The notes beneath the pieces were generated by a model, which had not been told where the DNA came from, searched no databases, and worked only from the letters and a program-made list of their open reading frames with translations. Source: Podarcis erhardii (taxonomy: Eukaryota). Taken from it: a stretch of DNA of 64,000 bases. Position numbers and translations under genes: made by a program. Below, one piece after another: positions 60,401 to 64,000 of the stretch; positions within the stretch are counted from its first letter, which is position 1; each line of letters starts with the position of its first letter. The stretch lies in assembly GCA_964252035.1 (NCBI GenBank), contig OZ176206.1; one strand, 5' to 3'.

Positions 60401-62956
60401 CGTCTAGTCTGGGCTTGTAGCCTTTGATTCTGAACCCAATGATAACAGGATAGTTCTTTGCGCTGGTGTCCATTCTCTTAGGGGTTTTTTCTTCCCCCTC
60501 TGCTCTTTTACATTAGGTTTTGCGAACTGGTCCGCTCCTTCATGGCAGAGATGGGTGAGGAAGTGAATAGCTGCAGCTCCCTGGAGGAACTCGAGGTGAG
60601 CTGGCGGAAGAGGACGCTCCTTGGTTTCAGGAACCGGGAACTTTGGTCAGGGCCTGTCGAACGATGGCTGTGAAGGCGGATGTGGAAAATGGCCAAGCCC
60701 AGTGGTGAACAGGCCAAGACAGGGTGCTGCGCATAGAGATTTCACCAAATGGGCCTTTTAAGTTCCATAACTCTGTGTGTGTTCTTTGACTTGCACAGTA
60801 TGACTACGAACGCACGGAAGCAGGCGACAGGGTGATTCTAGGTAAAGGCACCTATGGGGTGGTGTACGCTGGCCGGGACCTCAGCAATCAGGTGCGCATC
60901 GCCATTAAGGAGATCCCAGAGCGTGACAGCAGGTAAGAGTTGCGAAAAGCAGGGAAGGAATTACTAATATTGTCAATTTTGGCTTCTTGTTTCTTTAGTC
61001 TTAAGCTCAGTTCATCACACTTCTGCACTTGTGTGTATTTCCCCCTCTTTTCATTAGGCCATTAACATTCATACTAATTTTTGTGTGCATTTCTCCAAAT
61101 ATTGCCATTTTTGTATGCCGTCTTGCCTATGCTTTTGCAAGCAATTTTCCCTAGTACAAGGCCTTTTTTGTACATTGTTTTCATGGATATACACATTTTT
61201 GTGCACATTTTTTGTTGGAGTGCTGTATCACAAAATTAGGGAGGAGTTCAAATTTCAAAATCTTTCAGTTTGTGCATTTGTCCAGGAAGTGTGTTTATGC
61301 TAAAATGTGAACCCAACTATTTCCTTCCCCTATCCTTAGAATGGCCAGACCACTCTGTGGGAATCTAGGGCTTCCTTCACGTTGCAAAAACTCTGGGATG
61401 TCTTTGCAATCAGATTCCCACTTACGCATCACCAAAAAAGATTTGCACAAAACCCAAATATGCTAATTGTTATGTGTAGACGCAAATTTGGGAATAATGA
61501 TTGTAACTTAAACAAAAATCCAGTGCATATTAGGGAAGACTGTGATCAGATGACCTTCGTGCCTACTCAGTCTTCTGCTCAGGAGCTACTATCATCATTA
61601 TCATCATTAATATTATTATTAATAATAGCCTGTGCTTCACTTAGCTCCCAATTAATAGGTTATGGGCAGCTTCAAAGACCCTGCTGCTGCTCTTCCTTCT
61701 GAGGGTTCTTTGTCTTTAAATCGGACTTTGACTGGAGAGCCCTTCAAAGAGAGGACTGTCCTCTCTAAAGTAGGACACATGGCTATCCTACTTGGCAGGA
61801 ATATGCTCAGCATGGGGGGAGGGGTGTGGCATCCCCTGGCTGCTGCCTCTGAGAGAGTTGTGTGAACGTCTGTCATTCATACATGTCACACTTGCACTTC
61901 AGATACTCGCAGCCCCTTCATGAGGAGATTGCTCTGCACAAGCGCCTGAGACACAAGAACATTGTTCGCTATTTGGGCTCTGTCAGTCAAGATGGCTTCC
62001 TCAAGATCTTCATGGAGGAGGTACCTGGGGGTAAGTACAGTGGTAAAAAGGTAAAGGTAAAGGGACCCCTGACCATTAGGTCCAGTTGTGACCGACTCTG
62101 GGGTTGTGGCACTCATCTCGCTACAGTGGTACCTCAGGTTAAAAACTTAATTCATTCTGGAGGTCCACTCTTACCCTGAAACTGTTCTTAACCTGAGTAC
62201 CACTTTAGCTAATGGGGCCTCCTGCTGCCGCCACACCACTGCCGCACGATTTCTGTTCTCATCCTGAAGCAAAGTTATTAACCTGAGGTACTATTTCTGG
62301 GTTAGTGGAGACTGTAACCTGAAGTGTCTGTAACCCGAGGTACCACTGTATATGCAGTAAATATGCAATGTGCAATAAAAACATGTAAAAATTAAAAAAA
62401 ACACCAGAGACCACCAATAAAGATGCTTTCTTAATTGTTTGCATCAGCAGAGCAGCACAGGAAGCTTGTCACAAAAGGCGTTCAAAGCTTAAAAGAAAAG
62501 CTGAATCTCGGTTGGCCACACGCGACTGGGCCGATGACACTAAAAGCTCAGTTTCTTGTTGCTGTCAGCTGAGCCTCACTAGCTCAGGGAATAACCGACG
62601 ATGCCCCTTACCTCAGTGACTGAGACGCGATATTAGGGTTAAGGTTTGCCGCAGAGAGCACTGCAGTAATTCAGCCTTGAGGTTACTGATGCAAGGACTG
62701 CAGTGGACATGACTAGTAGCCATTGATAGCCTTGTGTTCCGTGCATTTGTCTAATCTCTGTATAAGAAAACAGCCTCTGTAATGTTCCGTGTCCCTCTCT
62801 TCCCACCCCAAAAATCCAGGAAGCCTTTCCTCTCTTCTGCGCTCCATGTGGGGCCCCCTGAAAGACAACGAGCCCACCATCGTTTTCTACACCAAGCAAA
62901 TCCTAGAGGGGCTGCGCTACCTGCATGACAACCAGATTGTCCACAGGGACATCAAG
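35058..62956 (+). CDS. MAP3K6: Mitogen-activated protein kinase kinase kinase 6 (ASK2), exons 1-17, 3'-incomplete
   Basis: 17 GT-AG exons join into 2310 nt (770 codons) with no stop. They cover the ASK N-terminal regulatory region and kinase subdomains ([37 protein letters not shown]). Residues such as [23 protein letters not shown] and the synteny favour ASK2 over ASK1/ASK3. Confidence 0.95.
35822..35945 (-). mobile_element. Short tRNA-derived SINE (related copies near 17.5k, 32.6k, 39.9k, 46.1k, 58.2k, 58.6k)
   Basis: GGGATTGAACCTGGGAC (reverse B-box) and CTCTACCACTGA; recurs in the window; family name not certain. Confidence 0.6.
36118..36755 (-). mobile_element. CR1 LINE 3' fragment
   Basis: [48 protein letters not shown]1 ORF2 C-terminus. 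Confidence 0.9.
37315..37625 (+). mobile_element. L2-clade LINE 3' fragment
   Basis: Reverse complement of the 31k copy. Confidence 0.8.
37869..38104. mobile_element. Tc1/mariner (pogo/Tigger-like) MITE; relatives at 43249-43499, 46611-46870, 59944-60157, 62124-62348
   Basis: TA-CAGTGGTACCTC...GAGGTACCACTG-TA TIRs with TA TSD. Confidence 0.85.
38728..38867 (+). CDS. MAP3K6: MAP3K6 exon 2
   Basis: [47 protein letters not shown]. Confidence 0.95.
40840..41095 (-). mobile_element. tRNA/CORE-type SINE (MIR-like, possibly Squam3)
   Basis: Minus strand reads GAGAGCCAGTGTGGTGTAGTGGTTAAGAGC...CTGGGTGACGTTGGGCTAGTCAC...AGCCGCTTTGAG...(CTT)n. Confidence 0.75.
41518..41840 (+). mobile_element. Sauria SINE, 5'-clipped
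   Basis: 12-bp TSD TATGCATGCCTA (41506-41517, 41841-41852). Confidence 0.88.
41938..42278 (+). mobile_element. Sauria SINE, different subfamily
   Basis: TSD TAAGTGTA (41930-41937, 42279-42286); distinct 3' half (GGACAGCGCTGGCTCCC...CGTACGGGCAGG). Confidence 0.85.
43670..43693 (+). CDS. MAP3K6: MAP3K6 exon 3 (24-bp microexon)
   Basis: ttctag|GAGGAGATCTTCCAGAAGAATTCA|gtaagt = EEIFQKNS (human EDVFQKNS as recalled). Confidence 0.88.
44077..44211. mobile_element. Short palindromic hAT-type MITE (relatives near 11.2k, 14.2k, 21.3k, 33.7k, 44.4-44.7k, 58.1k)
   Basis: CAGAGTTGGGAAACC...CCCCAGCCCTG with internal ACTACAATTCCCATC/GATGGGAGTTGGAGT inverted repeat; 8-bp TSD CCATAAAG/CCATATAG. Confidence 0.7.
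45063..45156 (-). mobile_element. 94-bp Penelope pseudo-LTR end containing the hammerhead core
   Basis: Near-identical reverse complement of about 26089-26180; 13-bp TSD TTTTTTTTGACAT (45050-45062, 45157-45169). Confidence 0.85.
45237..45427 (+). CDS. MAP3K6: MAP3K6 exon 4
   Basis: [23 protein letters not shown]...[12 protein letters not shown]. Confidence 0.92.
49432..49600 (+). CDS. MAP3K6: MAP3K6 exon 5
   Basis: [56 protein letters not shown]. Confidence 0.95.
49990..50096 (+). CDS. MAP3K6: MAP3K6 exon 6
   Basis: [36 protein letters not shown]. Confidence 0.93.
50764..50934 (+). CDS. MAP3K6: MAP3K6 exon 7
   Basis: [57 protein letters not shown]. Confidence 0.95.
51207..51319 (+). CDS. 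MAP3K6: MAP3K6 exon 8
   Basis: [37 protein letters not shown]. Confidence 0.93.
52115..52274 (+). CDS. MAP3K6: MAP3K6 exon 9
   Basis: [53 protein letters not shown]. Confidence 0.95.
52742..52892 (+). CDS. MAP3K6: MAP3K6 exon 10
   Basis: [15 protein letters not shown]...[25 protein letters not shown]; donor gtaagg. Confidence 0.9.
54551..56895 (-). mobile_element. 5'-truncated L1 LINE (RT plus C-terminal zinc knuckle), 2345 bp
   Basis: 608-codon open frame 54969-56795 with [15 protein letters not shown] and CWKC...HLWWTC; 16-bp TSD GATTTTGGAACTTCCT (54535-54550, 56896-56911). Confidence 0.95.
56912..57110 (-). mobile_element. Old L2 fragment adjacent to the L1
   Basis: [24 protein letters not shown] on the minus strand. 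Confidence 0.65.
57251..57358 (+). CDS. MAP3K6: MAP3K6 exon 11
   Basis: [36 protein letters not shown]. Confidence 0.88.
57685..57734 (+). CDS. MAP3K6: MAP3K6 exon 12
   Basis: [17 protein letters not shown]. Confidence 0.88.
59010..59105 (+). CDS. MAP3K6: MAP3K6 exon 13
   Basis: [32 protein letters not shown]. Confidence 0.93.
60517..60595 (+). CDS. MAP3K6: MAP3K6 exon 14
   Basis: [26 protein letters not shown]. Confidence 0.88.
60799..60932 (+). CDS. MAP3K6: MAP3K6 exon 15 (kinase Gly-rich loop, catalytic Lys)
   Basis: [45 protein letters not shown]. Confidence 0.96.
61903..62030 (+). CDS. MAP3K6: MAP3K6 exon 16
   Basis: [42 protein letters not shown]. Confidence 0.96.
62046..62121 (-). 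mobile_element. 76-bp Sauria SINE 3' fragment inserted in a MITE terminus
   Basis: AAAGGTAAAGGTAAAGGGACCCCTGACC...CTCATCTCGC flanked by duplicated TACAGTGGTA. Confidence 0.85.
62820..62956 (+). CDS. MAP3K6: MAP3K6 exon 17 (HRD motif)
   Basis: [45 protein letters not shown]. Confidence 0.96.
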
Positions 62957-64000
62957 GTGAGAGCCATCTCAGCTTGGGCTGCCAGGTGTAGACATGTTGT
63001 TGGTGCTAGATCTCTGTGTGGCATTGCCAGACCTGGCAGGGATCAAGCAGCTCTTTTCACGCAGCTTTCCTTTTCCTCCTTCATTTGGGTTTTGACTCTG
63101 CATTAGCTTTGGTAAAACAAAGACTACATGGGATATTTATTTTCAGGACATTTTGGCTAGCTCATGCACAGCCTGCTTGCCTTGCTCCTTAGGCATTTCT
63201 TAAAGACGATCCTTAATGATTTTCAGCTAGCTGCTTATTTTAGGAATTTGCATGCAGTTAATTATCACACAGCTTTTGCTCTGGCCAGATTTAATGTGAT
63301 GTCTTTCTCAGTTGCTCTGGGGAGGAATAGGCTGGTGTTCCTTGAGGGTTTGTCCTAGTAATAACCAGGAGCTGGAACATCTGTGGAAAATATTGTTTTG
63401 TTTTTATAATTTTTATGCTGGCGCTCATCAGCAGACGATTGCCCCTTTATTGGCCAAACCAGGAAGGTCAGCTAAATTTTATGTTAAATATTTACTGAGA
63501 GATAAAACCCTGCATGTGTCATTAGTAATTTTCTTTATCAGGGACAGTGAGAACAAGAAAGCAATTAACCACCTGAAGTTGGAAATATTATATTTGGGAG
63601 CTATTTAAGACATTTGTTATCCTAGCAATATGTATACTTGAGCTGGTGGCATTTAGATAATACATTGCTTTCTGTTTTGCTCTATGCTTAAGATTATGGA
63701 GCACTGTGTGGCTTTATTTTTGCTGCATTCCTGATCTGTGGATCATAATAAATTGATGATGAAGTTACTACTACAGTTGAATTTCTAAGCAACAATCCTT
63801 GGGGTTTTATTTTTGTGGAAAGGGGGGAGTTTTTGGCACTGCCACTCCTTTTTTCACTGTTCCCAGTCCAGGATTGAAGAGGCTCTGGGTAAAGTGTCTT
63901 CCGTTGAGCCCCCTCTTCTTTTGGTGATCCCTGACAGGCTTCCTTGGCTGCTAAGGCAGTGCGTTGAACAGCATTGGGCAGCTTGGTCTGGTTCCCATAT

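Overview
Eukaryotic (squamate reptile, probably lacertid-type) genomic DNA, inferred from the Sauria SINE, Bov-B, CR1, L2, L1 and Penelope content. No prokaryotic features. Three spliced genes lie on the + strand in the same order as the human CD164L2-FCN3-MAP3K6 cluster. (1) The 3' four exons of CD164L2 (173-13194). (2) A ficolin-3-like gene (17315-27644) with an intact signal peptide, neck and fibrinogen domain, but a collagen exon that is frameshifted and cut off by a repeat. (3) Exons 1-17 of MAP3K6/ASK2 (35058-62956, 770 codons in one frame; the gene continues past the window). All exon boundaries were read by eye as GT-AG with consistent phases. Introns are dense with transposons, many with visible target-site duplications (TSDs), and there is one 200-N gap. 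Most ORFs in the supplied track are spurious or repeat-derived. Most notable: a possible collagen-less ficolin produced by exon skipping, two minimal hammerhead ribozyme motifs in Penelope ends, and a solo LTR carrying a 219-codon ORF.
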